A stretch of DNA of 64,000 nt from Eledone cirrhosa (Eukaryota): positions 60,450,001 through 60,514,000 of the forward strand of contig OZ024745.1 in assembly GCA_964016885.1 (NCBI GenBank). The letters are read 5' to 3'. The translations under genes were made by a program, and so were the position numbers. The notes beneath the pieces were generated by a model, which made no database searches, was not told where the DNA came from, and worked only from the letters and a program-made list of their open reading frames with translations. Of the stretch, positions 28,399 to 42,517 are shown piece by piece. The stretch's first letter is position 1, and each line of letters opens with the position of its first letter.

Positions 28399-29137
28399 TT
28401 TATATACATATATATATACATATATATAATATGGTGGCTGCCAACTCGTTTTCGAGTACGGCCACTACTTTATATCCATGTAGGAGAACCCTTACCGATG
28501 CGCTGAACGAGTGTGACTTTTTAGTCCAGCCAGCGACTTGAAAACTCTGGTACAAACACTACACTTGTGACAATTATTGACACATAGTGCTGGGCCCATG
28601 GTACCATGTGACGACAAGTACAGAGAGATCTCCAGATATAAAGCAATGCCTGTGCCGTGAAGCTTTTATAGTGGGCAAAGGCCTGCACAAATCCAGTCCC
28701 ACTCTCTTAATCAAGATGATATTTACCAAAAAGAAGAACAAGTCAACATCATTGGATACCATCAGAGTTGCAGGTGTTATATTAGAGTTTCCTTCTCCTA
28801 GAATTCTGCTTTGACAAAGGCTAAGGGGTCATCTCTCCATGGCCATTGACTCTTAAGAGCTCCTTTGCCCTTTGAGAGGTTTTGTTTTTAATCTTGCAGG
28901 ATGTCCAAAGTCACCCTCCTCACCAAGAAACCTTGGTGGGGTTGCCAGTTTAGCCGCCAACGACCCGACCATGGGACAGGTTGTACTGGAATACATGTTA
29001 CCAGTAGCACCAACTGGTGACCTGACATATATATATATATATATATATATGCAAAAGTTTTATTTAAAATTGTTGGGTTACAACGAGTAAATATTTTATA
29101 ACTGATATAAAAGCACTCAACAAGTTTTGGAGTATTT

Positions 29138-29952
29138 TACGATATTAAACAAATGGAAACTACATTTATAAAACCATATTTATTTCATTATATATATTTC
29201 AGGGATATCATATTAAAAATATGGTATGCTCTCTTCAGACAAAATACAATATATAAACAGTTTTATAAATAAATTTGACATACCTTAAAACTTTACAACT
29301 TCCATTTAAAAAGTTGTTTTGGTAGTGAAAATGTTAAGGACAGTTAGAAAGAAAGACGAAGAGAAAAAAAGACGAAGAGAAAAAAGAAAGAAAGTGTATA
29401 GTGTTAAGGACAGTTAGAGAGGAAGGCGAAGAAAATGAAGAGATGTATGTAAAGAAAAAAACAACAGAGCGAGATAGAGAGAGAGAGATATGGGAGAGAG
29501 AAATATTGAGGAGGTGAAAAATGAATAACGTACAAATGAGAGATTTAGGAGGGAAGGGGGTACTGTAATTATTTATTTATTTATTTTATTTAGTTATAGT
29601 GTTAAGGATACGGAGAGAAATAAAAATAAAAATAAAAATAAATAAAGAGAGGTAGAAAGAGATATAGGTGGTGGGAGAAAGGAGGTAGATCGAGTAATAT
29701 CTATTATACGAGGTGGGAGAGATTTTTTCTCTTCGTCTTTCTTTCTAATTGTCCTTAACATTTTCACTACCAAAACAACTTTTTAAATGGAAGTTGTAAA
29801 GTTTTAAGGTATGTCAAATTTATTTATAAAACTGTTTATATATTGTATTTTGTCTGAAGAAGGCATACCATATTTTTAATATGATATCCCTGAAATATAT
29901 ATAATGAAATAAATATGGTTTTATAAATGTAGTTTCCATTTGTTTAATATCG

Positions 29953-29954
<2 letters not shown>
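29138..29954. repeat. Inverted repeat, ~230-bp arms (29138-29369 / 29723-29954), PLE pLTR-like
   Basis: Arms are reverse complements; each carries an HHR-like motif. Confidence 0.9.
29848..29905 (+). ncRNA. Hammerhead-like motif (mirror copy ~29187-29244, minus)
   Basis: CUGAAGA AGG..CAUAU/AUAUG..CCU GAAA UAUAUA; stem I weak. Confidence 0.55.
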
Positions 29955-29981
<27 letters not shown>

Positions 29982-29985
<4 letters not shown>

Positions 29986-30974
29986 GACGTAAATAAGAAA
30001 ATTATGAAAATCGACTGACTTACTAAAATTTCACTCCAACTAATTAGTTTCTGTAAGGGAATAAATATGGTTACGGAGCGTACCCACAGAGAAACCTTAC
30101 GTCATCAGGGAGTCTATTCTCAGCTAAGCTTCCAGGCAATGCGAGGACACTGGGAGCTTATATAAAAATAATTCAGTGGATGGAAAAAAGCGAGCGGGGA
30201 CTAAATTCCAAGACATTGAAAAATTGACTGCCTACTTGGCCAGTGGCAAATTCAAAAGAATCAATCACGTGACACTGAGTTTAATCAGTGAGGAGTGGAG
30301 TGCTAATAAAACAAGGGCCTAGCCACTACCATGAACCGTAGTAGTAATTTCGGCAAGTTTTGCTCAACAAATAATTTGGAGATAATTATAAAGAATTAGT
30401 ATATCTACCAACATATGTATACAGATGCATACCTATGCTAGCAAATATATATGTTTTGTCTTAGTGACTTTGTGGTTCTATGCAAGGGGATGCAGAACAA
30501 TTATATGAAAGACGTAAATAAGAAAATTATGAAAATCGACTTACTTACTAAAATTTCACTCCAACTAATTAGTTTCTGTAAGGGAAAAAATATGGTTACG
30601 GAGCATAGCATACCCACACCAAAACATATATATTTGCTAGCATAGGTATGCATCTGTATACATATGTTGGTAGATATACTAATTCTTTATAATTATCTCC
30701 AAATTATTTGTTGAGCAAAACTTGCCGAAATTACTACTATGGTTCATGGTAGTGGCTAGGCCCTTGTCTTATTAGCACTCCACTCCTCACTGATTAACCT
30801 CAGTGTCACGTGATTGATTCTTTTGAATTTGCCACTGACCAAGTAGGCAGTCAATTTTTCAATGTCTTGGAATTTAGTCCCCGCTCGCTTTTTTCCATCC
30901 ACTGAATTATTTTTATATAAGCTGCCAGTGTCCTCGCATTGCCTGGAAGCTTAGCTGAGAATAGACTCCCTGAT
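29982..30974. repeat. PLE pLTR with inverted (30104-30458 / 30620-30974) and direct (29982-30079 / ~30506-30604) duplications
   Basis: Direct reading of both strands. Confidence 0.9.
30033..30113 (-). ncRNA. Type I hammerhead ribozyme with extended stem II
   Basis: ACUCC CUGAUGA C-GUAAGG..CCUUAC-A GAAA CUAAUUAG UU GGAGU. Confidence 0.85.
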
Positions 30975-30976
30975 TC

Positions 30977-32613
30977 TCGGAATTTATCAAGTCGTCCCAG
31001 GTTTTTCTGGGTCTGCCTACTCCGTGGCTACCGTCTATTTTTATTGCCCTGCACTTTTTTATACAGCTGTCGTCTTTCATGCGCATCACGTGACCATACC
31101 AACGTAGTCTTCTCTCGAGTAAACAACATCTGATCCCTCTTATTTCTAATTTTTCCCTTAGTTCGTTTATGCTTTGCCGTTCACGTATATTACTATTACA
31201 CATCCAATGGAGCATGCAAGCTTCGTTCCTCTCCAGTCTGCGTATATCCTCTGCACGCAATGCCCAAGTCTCACTGCCATGTAACATTGCCGTTCTTATG
31301 CAGGCATCATACAGCCTGCCTTTCATTTTTAGAGAGAACGCTTTAGCGGCCAATAGTGGTATAAGCTCTCTGAACTTTTTCCATCCCGTTCGGACTCTAG
31401 CTACTGTACTTTCAGAGCACCCTCCACCACTGTTGATTTTGTCACCCAGGTAACAGAAGGTGTCCACTATTTCTATAGAACCATCTGTGCAATGGAATGA
31501 GCTAGTATCCTGTGGGCACTTGCTGCTACTTATTGCACCTGAGTACCGGCCACATATAAAATCTATATTCTTAGTTAGCTTACCTGTGATCCCACTACAT
31601 CTTTTATGTACCCATACTTTGCATTTGGGACATAAAATGGAGTTTATGCCTACTTCTTTCCTACACACTGAGCATGGCCATTTCCCAGATCGGACCAGTG
31701 CCCTATTTTCCTTCCTACAAACTAGAACTTTAGTCTTAGCCAGGTTAATTTTAAGGCCTTTTGATTCTAGGCCATGCTTCCATGTTTGGAATTTCTTCTC
31801 TAGTTCAGCCATTGATTCAGCTGTGAGCGTTAGATCATCTGCGTATAGAAGTTCCCATGGGCAGCCGGTCTTGAACTAGTCTGTTATAGCCTGAAGGGCA
31901 ATAATAAATAGTAGGGGGCTAAGGACGGAGCCCTGATGAATACCAACTTTTACGCTAAACTCTTAACTATATTTGTTGTTAATTCTAACCTTGCTGACTG
32001 TTTCTTTATACATGGCTTGTATAGCTCTCACAAGCCATTCATCAACAACTAGTTTTCTAAGGGCCCACCAGATAATGGAGCAGAGTACTCTGTCAAAGGC
32101 TTTCTCCAAGTCAACAAAAGCTAAGTATAGGGGTTTACTTTTAGCTAGGTACTTCTCCTGTAGTTGTTGTACAATGAAAAGAGCATCTGTTGTACTTTTA
32201 CCTGACACAAACCCGAACTGCATTTCGTCTAGATCAATTCGCTCGCTGATTAGTTGCGCTATTACTTTTTCTGTGACCTTCATGACCTGGTCAATTAATT
32301 TAATGCCTCTATAGTTTCCCCTATCTAGGGCATCTCCTTTACCCTTGTAGCAATTAATGATGCTGCTGCTGCGCCAATCCTTCGGAATGACCCCTTTTTG
32401 TATAACTTGGTTTACTATCCGGGTGACCATGGTGTGTCCCACCGTTCCGGAGGCTTTCAGCATTTCAGCAACTATTTCCGAAAGCCCAGCCACCTTGCCC
32501 ATCTTCATGTCTTTGATCGCCTTACTTATTATACTACCTTCAACTTGCACTGCTGGTCCCTCTATTGGATCGATGTGGGAGAGACTGTCTTTCTCCCAAT
32601 TATTCTCCGCATT
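30977..32613 (-). mobile_element. RTE LINE fragment (RT + PHD-like finger)
   Basis: ORFs 31963-32637 and 30913-31812; same family as 26490-28398. Confidence 0.92.
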
Positions 32614-32837
32614 TAGTATATATATAAATATATACATATATTATACTATAAAATATGTCCATAGAATCATTTGATAAGATATATACACCATTTCCTCTCC
32701 CAATCAGCATAATCAACCACACAAAAAACCAATTAAACCAGGCTATATGATTAAAAGGCACCTATGAAGAAATAATAGATAAATAAACGACAGCTATCTA
32801 TTTGCGATCAACAACTATAGAATATTTACCCACCATT

Positions 32838-34697
<1,860 letters not shown>

Positions 34698-34822
34698 CAA
34701 TCAATGGTACGGTCTAAACCGTATGAAGAACTCAATGTAATCCGTATGTAGATGTTGTGAAGTAAAGTTTAAAATACAAAATTTTCAACAATATAATTCA
34801 TTGGATACAGAGTCAAAAATAG

Positions 34823-35194
34823 AAATATTAAAACAATGAAATTAAACAAAAAACGGTTAATTCATAGTAAAACTCATTATTTTACGATCGTTTCTGGGGG
34901 GTAGCATCCCGTATGTCCATTCAATTATTGATCTATGTAAAATATATTACAAAATATCATAGTAAGAAAAAATACATACTTCCTCACTGCCCGACGTCTT
35001 CAGAAATAATGAGTTTTGTTTCAGACGTCGGGTAGTGAGGAAGTATGTATTTTTTCTTACTATGATATTTTGTAATATATTTTACATAGATCAATAAATG
35101 GATGGATATACGGGGTGCTACCCCCCAGAAACGATCGTAAAATAATGAGTTTTACTATGAATTAACCGTTTTTTGTTTAATTTCATTGTGTTAA

Positions 35195-35199
<5 letters not shown>
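34823..35199. repeat. Hairpin, ~177-bp arms (34823-34999 / 35023-35199)
   Basis: Arms are reverse complements with a ~23-nt spacer. Confidence 0.92.
34869..35017 (-). ncRNA. Type I hammerhead ribozyme with ~100-nt stem II insert
   Basis: 14-bp stem I AAAACUCAUUAUUU/AAAUAAUGAGUUUU; CUGAAGA; GAAA CGAUCG UA. Confidence 0.8.
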
Positions 35200-35247
<48 letters not shown>

Positions 35248-35253
<6 letters not shown>

Positions 35254-35543
35254 GTTTGTATATGTATAATAAAGCCAAAACAATGCAGGTATGGACATAG
35301 AATAAAGAATGCAAATGCAAAAATATTGTTGACAATTAGTCTTTTACCTTAGATTTATTTAAATGTCCTTAATTTTCGAGATAATATCTCTTCTTCAGAG
35401 GGAAGTAAAGCTGTTAATCCAGTGTTCTAAATATCTTGCCAAGTCAGCATGACTTGTCAACAATATCTTTTGCATTTGCATTCTTTATTCTATGTCCATA
35501 CCTGCATTGTTTTGGCTTTATTATACATATACAAACGTTTATA
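35248..35543. repeat. Inverted repeat, ~90-bp arms (35248-35335 / 35454-35543)
   Basis: Arms are reverse complements; spacer holds an HHR. Confidence 0.9.
35367..35401 (-). ncRNA. Ultra-minimal hammerhead motif
   Basis: CCU CUGAAGA A GAGAU-AUU-AUCUC GAAA AU UA AGG. Confidence 0.65.
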
Positions 35544-35584
35544 CCTCATTACACAATGCTTCAAGTGAACTATAACCTCCTCCA

Positions 35585-35723
<139 letters not shown>

Positions 35724-35747
35724 TCACACACATATATATATATATAT

Positions 35748-35794
<47 letters not shown>

Positions 35795-35807
35795 TATATA
35801 TATATAT

Positions 35808-35856
<49 letters not shown>

Positions 35857-35865
35857 TATATATAT

Positions 35866-35916
<51 letters not shown>

Positions 35917-35937
35917 TATATATATATACACACACAT

Positions 35938-35998
<61 letters not shown>

Positions 35999-36231
35999 TA
36001 TATATATATATACACACATATATATATATATATACACACTCATATGTACCCTTTTTATATTTTCTCATCTCTGAACTTTTGCACTCCAGATGAAGGACTA
36101 ACATCAGATACGTCAAAATCTTTTTCTTTCTTTCATCCGAAGCGTGAAACTCACCTTACTGAGGTGTCAGGTGATGCCCGTGGGGGTACATGGCTCTTCC
36201 ATCACCTCAACCTCGCCATCACATACAGTAA

Positions 36232-36281
<50 letters not shown>

Positions 36282-36409
36282 TCAGCGAGAATCGCATTTC
36301 GGCGGGTAGTAAGAGCGAAATATATATATATATATATTAGTATATATATATATACATATTATATATATATACATATATATGTGTGTGTGTGTATATATAC
36401 ACTCTCATG

Positions 36410-36456
<47 letters not shown>

Positions 36457-36994
36457 TACTTATTTTGTGGATTATTTAACGTTGCCAAATGCTAAATACA
36501 GTTTAGTGCTAGACTTCTACAATGCTAAATAGTGTGTGTGTGTGTGGGGGGGGGGGGGGTATTTTCAGTTCTACTACCTTGTATCTATGAAAGATGTATT
36601 AAATGTGACAATTATAGATTTTCTTTTCCCCTGTAACTCCTGATGGAGTTGTAGGGCTGCTGTACTGATATGCAGCATTTCTAGGGCATGTTTTAAACCT
36701 GGTAGAGCCCATCTCCAAGCCTGACTAGAGAAAATTTCTTCCCGAGAAGGATAAAGAATAGAAGTGAGAAAGAAATAGAGAAGAAATCAAACCACATACT
36801 AGACTGGTATCAACCATAAATGTATGAAAGGTAAAGTTGATCTCATTCAGTTCCATAATTGTTTAATGTTTGCGATTGTCCTTCTTTATCATTAATAGCA
36901 AGGTACAACTTTTTCTGTGCTGTTTAATTGAAGAGAAACCCACTTATATATTTCTAGAGACATTCAGCACAAACATTTAATACTGCCTCTTAAA

Positions 36995-37260
36995 AATAAT
37001 TGTTTCTACTTTTGGCACAAAGCCAGCAATTACCTAGTACATTACTGGTACTTTATTTTATCGACCCTGTAAGGATGAAAAGCAAAGTTAACCTCGGTGG
37101 GATTTGAACTCAGTTCGTAAAGGGACGTAACTGTGCTGCAAAGCATGGCGTCTGACGCTCAGACATCTAAATAGAAGTAACAATACAATATAATTGTTTC
37201 TACTTTTGGTACAAGGCCAGCAATAATCCCAGTGTATTACTGGTACTTTATTTTATCGAC
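36995..37260 (-). mobile_element. Ceph-type SINE plus partial duplicate
   Basis: Matches the 21.2-kb and 24.1-kb SINEs. Confidence 0.75.
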
Positions 37261-38261
37261 AATACAATATAATGTTATGATGATGGCATTGTCAATTCCA
37301 ATAGCCAATAGATTATCATGTTTAATTTTTTTCCACATTTTTTTTTTCTTTCCATTTATGTATCTAAAATTCTGTTTGCATCCAAATTTTGTAAATGTAC
37401 TGAATCAAAATATGTATTTAGAATATTTTTGTAATTATTACTCAAGTACATTATAACCATTCCCAGATACTTGTTAGCAGTCATATAACAGGCTTCATCT
37501 AATTGAAGACTAACTTTTCTGGTTCCTACATCAGAAATCAAGTCTTTATCAAAGTATAGAGCAAGCCCATTCTTTACACTATTTACACATTTGGGAGACT
37601 GCAGCTTCTCTATCAGGCATTTTATTTTTGTACAAATTTACAAAATGATCATGAGTTAAATGATAAATGGCAACAAATATGCATTGTTAATTTAGCTTTA
37701 TGTATTAAGGATTCAGTACATTTTCTTGTAAAAAAAAAAAAAAAACAGGAATTGCTTTAATCGAAACTGCTGTCTTATGCTTTTATAGTTGGCAATGTCT
37801 TACTAATATAGAATACTTTGCTATGATGTCACATCTACAAATTTTACAGTGCACTTTAGACAGATCAACAGGGACTTTACACAGCTACTTTCTAAATGTT
37901 GGCATTGCAAGACATTTCTTTCAGAATATTTGGTGATATATTTTTATAGTTTCTTTGTTCATTGTTGAGCAGGTTAAAAGCAGAAAGAAACAAACTTGAA
38001 ATGGATACTGTTATACAAAACAAAATAAACTGAAAGCTCATAATTTCAATTACTTTTTACTGAAATCTTGCATCATGTAACAAGAGCAATCAACAATTGG
38101 TAAGTGTTAATTATTGGCTAGGAAGCATGTTCTCAATAGTCATTTCCTTTTCAGAATGCTAATAGTTCCATTACTTACACATACACATGACTTACTAAAT
38201 GTTATTATAAATTAGGAGAAAATATTTTAAACTTTCTTATTGGCTATAATATATATATATA

Positions 38262-39340
38262 TTCATCATCATCATCGTTTTGACATGTTTTTCCACACTT
38301 GAATTGGTTGGACAGGTCCTTCTCAACACATCTCTCCACGTTTCTTCATCATCTCCTCTATGAGCCTGAGCGATTTGAGGTCAGCTCTCACTACCTCTGT
38401 CCATGTCTTTCTTGGTTGACCTCTACTGCGACTTCCCTCCACTGGCACTTCTTCACCCATTAGTCATCATCCATGTGTATCACATGTCTGTACCAACGCA
38501 GTCTTCTCTCCGCACACCTTCTTAACCCTTTAGCATTTAAACTGGCTATATCCGGCCAGAATCCTCTCACCTCTTTCTGTTCAAACTGGCCGTATCTAGC
38601 TGTTCATACTGACGTTAAGATATTCTTCTCAAAATAAATAACATCAAAATCTGGTAGATTTGATATTATGTAAGATAAAGCCTTTAGCACAAAAATACAA
38701 TATATATACAGTAATGTAAATGCTAAAGGGTCAAACCCAGTTTCTCCCTCAGTTCATCCAAGCTGTCTTTCTCTCACATTTACATTGCACATCCAACGGA
38801 GCATGGCTGTTTCATTTCTCTCCAGTCTATGCAGGTTTTCTGCAGCCACTGCCTATGTTTCACACTTCGCACAGTCATCCTTTTGTACATAGGGAGAAAC
38901 CTTTTGTTTTATAAGTATAATTGTTGTATATAAGCATAATTCTCAGTCTAGAATTAGCTGTCGAAATGGCAAGAGCTCAGTTGTCGGACTCCAACTCTCT
39001 CCAATATATATATATATATGAGACATGGTCACCCGACCAAACCCGTCTAACCCATGCTAGCGTGGAAGATAGACAACTGTCACCCATACACAATTTTTTG
39101 TAAACTATGTTATGGACCCTGAAGTCCCTTTTGATTCTAAATTCTATTTCCACAACAGGAATTTCTTAAGCTCTCCTACAGATGAACGAAATTGTCAGTG
39201 TACAGAAGTTCCCATGGACAGCCAGTCTCCTAGTCTTGATAAACTCATTACCTACTCTTGCTAAACTGACTGCACCTCTGTACATGGCATGCACTGCTCT
39301 TACAAGACACTCGTTAAGGACCACCAGATAACTATTGTAT
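38262..39340 (-). mobile_element. Old RTE 3' fragments
   Basis: (tca)n tail on plus strand; minus strand reads ERRLRWYRHV. Confidence 0.6.
38526..38730. mobile_element. piggyBac-type MITE nested in an RTE
   Basis: TIRs ccctttagcattta / taaatgctaaaggg; flanks ttaa and tcaa. Confidence 0.8.
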
Positions 39341-40282
39341 GTGAGGATGGTAGAGGCTGAGTGGTATAACAAGCCACCCAGTGTTTCACCTAGGTATACT
39401 TTTCATACTCAATCACCTATCCTCTCATACTCACTGCTTACATAACTGAGTGACACCTACCAGCCCACACAATGTGGAGCATCTCAGCCATATATATCTT
39501 ATAAACATTCCCCCCACACAGGAGTCACTAAGTTATTTTTCTGCTCTTTCAAAGACACATTTATCCTATTTGTTGAGGGTTGTTACCACAAAATACACCC
39601 AGTACACGCTGTAAAGTAGTTAGTGTCCAGATGAAACCATGTGATGAAACGTGGCCAACTTACCTAAAAGTTACACCACATCGAACCCATGTTGTTAAAG
39701 CGATACGTAAATACATGGAAATATGTTTTATATTGTGAGAATATTTTAACGTTATAGTGTGAATATTTTAACTGATGATTGACTGTAAAGCAGTACTTCG
39801 GCATGACCGTGTTCAGACTGAAAGTCTTCAATTCGTGTAAAAACCCATTATGCATGACGAGCAAGTGTTTGTACAAGTCTACGTAACTGTATACGTATTC
39901 GTTCGTAAAATTCCATATGAATGTGTGTAGATTCATATAAAAAAAAAATGTGGATATGCCATTTTTTTTTGTATCGATGCACGTAATAATTACTTGAGAT
40001 CAGGCCCAAAGTGAGAAATACCAATTAAACCCTCTCGTAATCTATACACCCTCAAAAACTGTATCTTCAAAATATAAAGAAACAAAATCAGGTGGGGGCA
40101 GAGATATGTCGAATGTCTCGAAATTTGTTCCAGCTTATTTAAAATCTGCCAGTGACTAGTCCTGCGTAAGGAACCAATAAAATTACCAGTTCAAGGCGGT
40201 GGAATGTTTTTGTATCTAGTCCGGTTGTTGCTTTTCAACCAGTTTCGGAGAAAGTCTTTTCGTTCGTCTCTCTCGTATATGT

Positions 40283-41160
40283 AACTAGCAGTGGTACCAG
40301 GCGTTGCACGGGATAAGGTATTTTGGACTGTGGGCCGCCAACAGACATAATCGTGGAAAAACTGCATGCCTGGACAATATGTAAAGAAAATAAACCGAAT
40401 ACTCTGATGGCTGGGTAATCTTTATGATTTTCCTCGATGAAGCAGGAAAAATGCAGGTTTTCACCTAATGCGGGCCCTAGAGGATCAATAAAATGAATTT
40501 TTTTTTATGTGCATAATATGCCTTGAAATTTCGGGAAAATCGGCTAGACATAATGCCTCAAAGCCCTAAAAAGCTGAAAAAATGAATGAAGTTTTTCACC
40601 TAATGCGGGCCCTAGGCCATAAGAAAGTTGGGTTTTCTTTGCTCATGGTATGAAGAAGAGACTAATACATAGTTACAATTTCAAGGAAATCGGTCTGACG
40701 TAACACCTAAAAAAAATCCTAAAAACCTGAAAAAACGCAGTTTTTCACCTAATGCGGGCTCTATGTGATCAAAAAGTTGAATTTTTTTCTGTGCATAACA
40801 CTCCCTGAAACATAAGTAATACACATGTAAAGTTTGAAAAAAGTCGGTTGGGTACTTCTCGAGTTTTAGGGATTCAAACTCAGACACACACACAGACAGA
40901 CAGATATTATAAGGGCGCCACGTTATATGTATGTATCTATCTAAAAGAGAAAGACTAAGAATTATAGAGAGAGATCACTAAATCGCCCAATACGGTCCTA
41001 GGGCATTGAAAATTTGAATTTTTTTTTTAGAACACTCCCTGAAACATAAGTATTACATGTGTAAAGTTTGAAAACAGTTGGTTGGGTGGTTCTCGAGTTT
41101 TAGGGATTCAAACTCACACACACACAGAAATACATCCTCAGTTTTATATATATATAGATA
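40283..41160 (+). mobile_element. Non-autonomous Helitron/Helentron (DINE-like) element
   Basis: 5' actagcagtggtaccaggcgttgcacggg; internal repeats ttttcacctaatgcggg x3; 3' cacacaga...tatatatagat. Confidence 0.6.
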
Positions 41161-42071
41161 AGTGGCACCCAACGTAATTCCTTTACTGCTCAAACAGGTA
41201 GTGAAGGGATATACTCACACACGCACGAGGGTTGTTGAAAAATTGGTCATTCCATAAGAGTATCTTTGTCAGGCCACCTTCGTATCTTGTAACTACTTAG
41301 AATCCTAAATCGGTAATTTTTCTAAGTTGTCTCGATTTAAAAATACAGAATTTTAGTTTACATATGGACCCCAACGTATCCTATTCTATAAAGTGGTATT
41401 TCTAGTAACGTAGTTTCTTTATAATATTTTGGTCATGTATGTCTTTTAATGTATAAGGAAAATGGTTACAGGAATGCTACCACTTAAAAAATTTCGCTGG
41501 TGATAGATTACCAACATTTAATAAGCGGAGAGCGAAGGAACGATTATTTGAGACAGAGTACATTAAGCCATAAAAGGCTGGCTAACTTTCGTTTCACACC
41601 CAAATGATTGTCTACAAAATATAAAGACATTTGAAAAAAATCACGATGTAAGACACTAAATACAATATAAAAAAGTATAAGAGACTTCGGACGATATATA
41701 CACGAGAAGCTGCTCCAAGATATATAAAATAAAACCTTAATTCAAAATAACAATCAGGTGACTATATAAGTCTCCCATTACGAGAAAAATTGGTTAGCAA
41801 ACAGCAAAACAAATTTAGTTGATATATTAACTTTTATATAAACAATATACGAGTGATAATGAAACACCCTTGTGATATAACAATGAAATATTTACAGATG
41901 AAATGTATGTTAAGAGTTCATGATAAATGAGGCAATAAAAGTGACGATGGAAGAGATGTTATGAAGTGTTTGGTGAGTGGGTTAAAGTATTAATGATAGA
42001 TCAGATTTTGTACGATATTTACAAGTCTTTTGTAATAAATATTATAGTCTCTTTTTTTCTGCAAAGTTAGT

Positions 42072-42484
42072 TTACTTCTTCTTGGCTGCAGCCTTCTTCA
42101 CAATCTTCTTCTTGGCGGGTTTCTTTACGACTTTCTTTACCACCTTTTTGGGCGATTTGGCTTTAGTAACCTTCGTTTTTTTCACAACTTTCTTAGTAGG
42201 CTTCTTGGGAGATTTCCTTGTGGGTGCCTTAGGTTTCTTTGCCTTTGGTGCCTTTTTGACGGCGGGCTTCTTCACTTTCGGTTTCTCCTTATTGCCACTA
42301 ACAATCTTAAATGAATTCGACAGATGCACTAATGAATTTTGCGATCGCTTGGCGAGAAATACCCCTCCTTTCTTTGCCTTGTTCAATCATCTCACCGTAT
42401 GGAGGATGACTAGCTTTCTTCACTTTTTTGGCGGCCTTTTGAGGAGCTGGTGCCGCTGCGGCGAGTGTTGCTGCATCAGACATG
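42072..42484 (-). pseudogene. H1: Histone H1 pseudogene
   Basis: ATG and tail homologous to 12344-12889; globular domain partly deleted and frameshifted (…ISASVEFI*); TATA mutated; transposon in 5' UTR. Confidence 0.9.
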
Positions 42485-42517
42485 ATCGGACAGTAAATCG
42501 ATGTATTAAAACAAATA

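Noticed and set aside
34722-34820. AUGAAGA-ACUC...GAGU-CAAAA
   Set aside because: Two core mismatches and no stem I; too speculative
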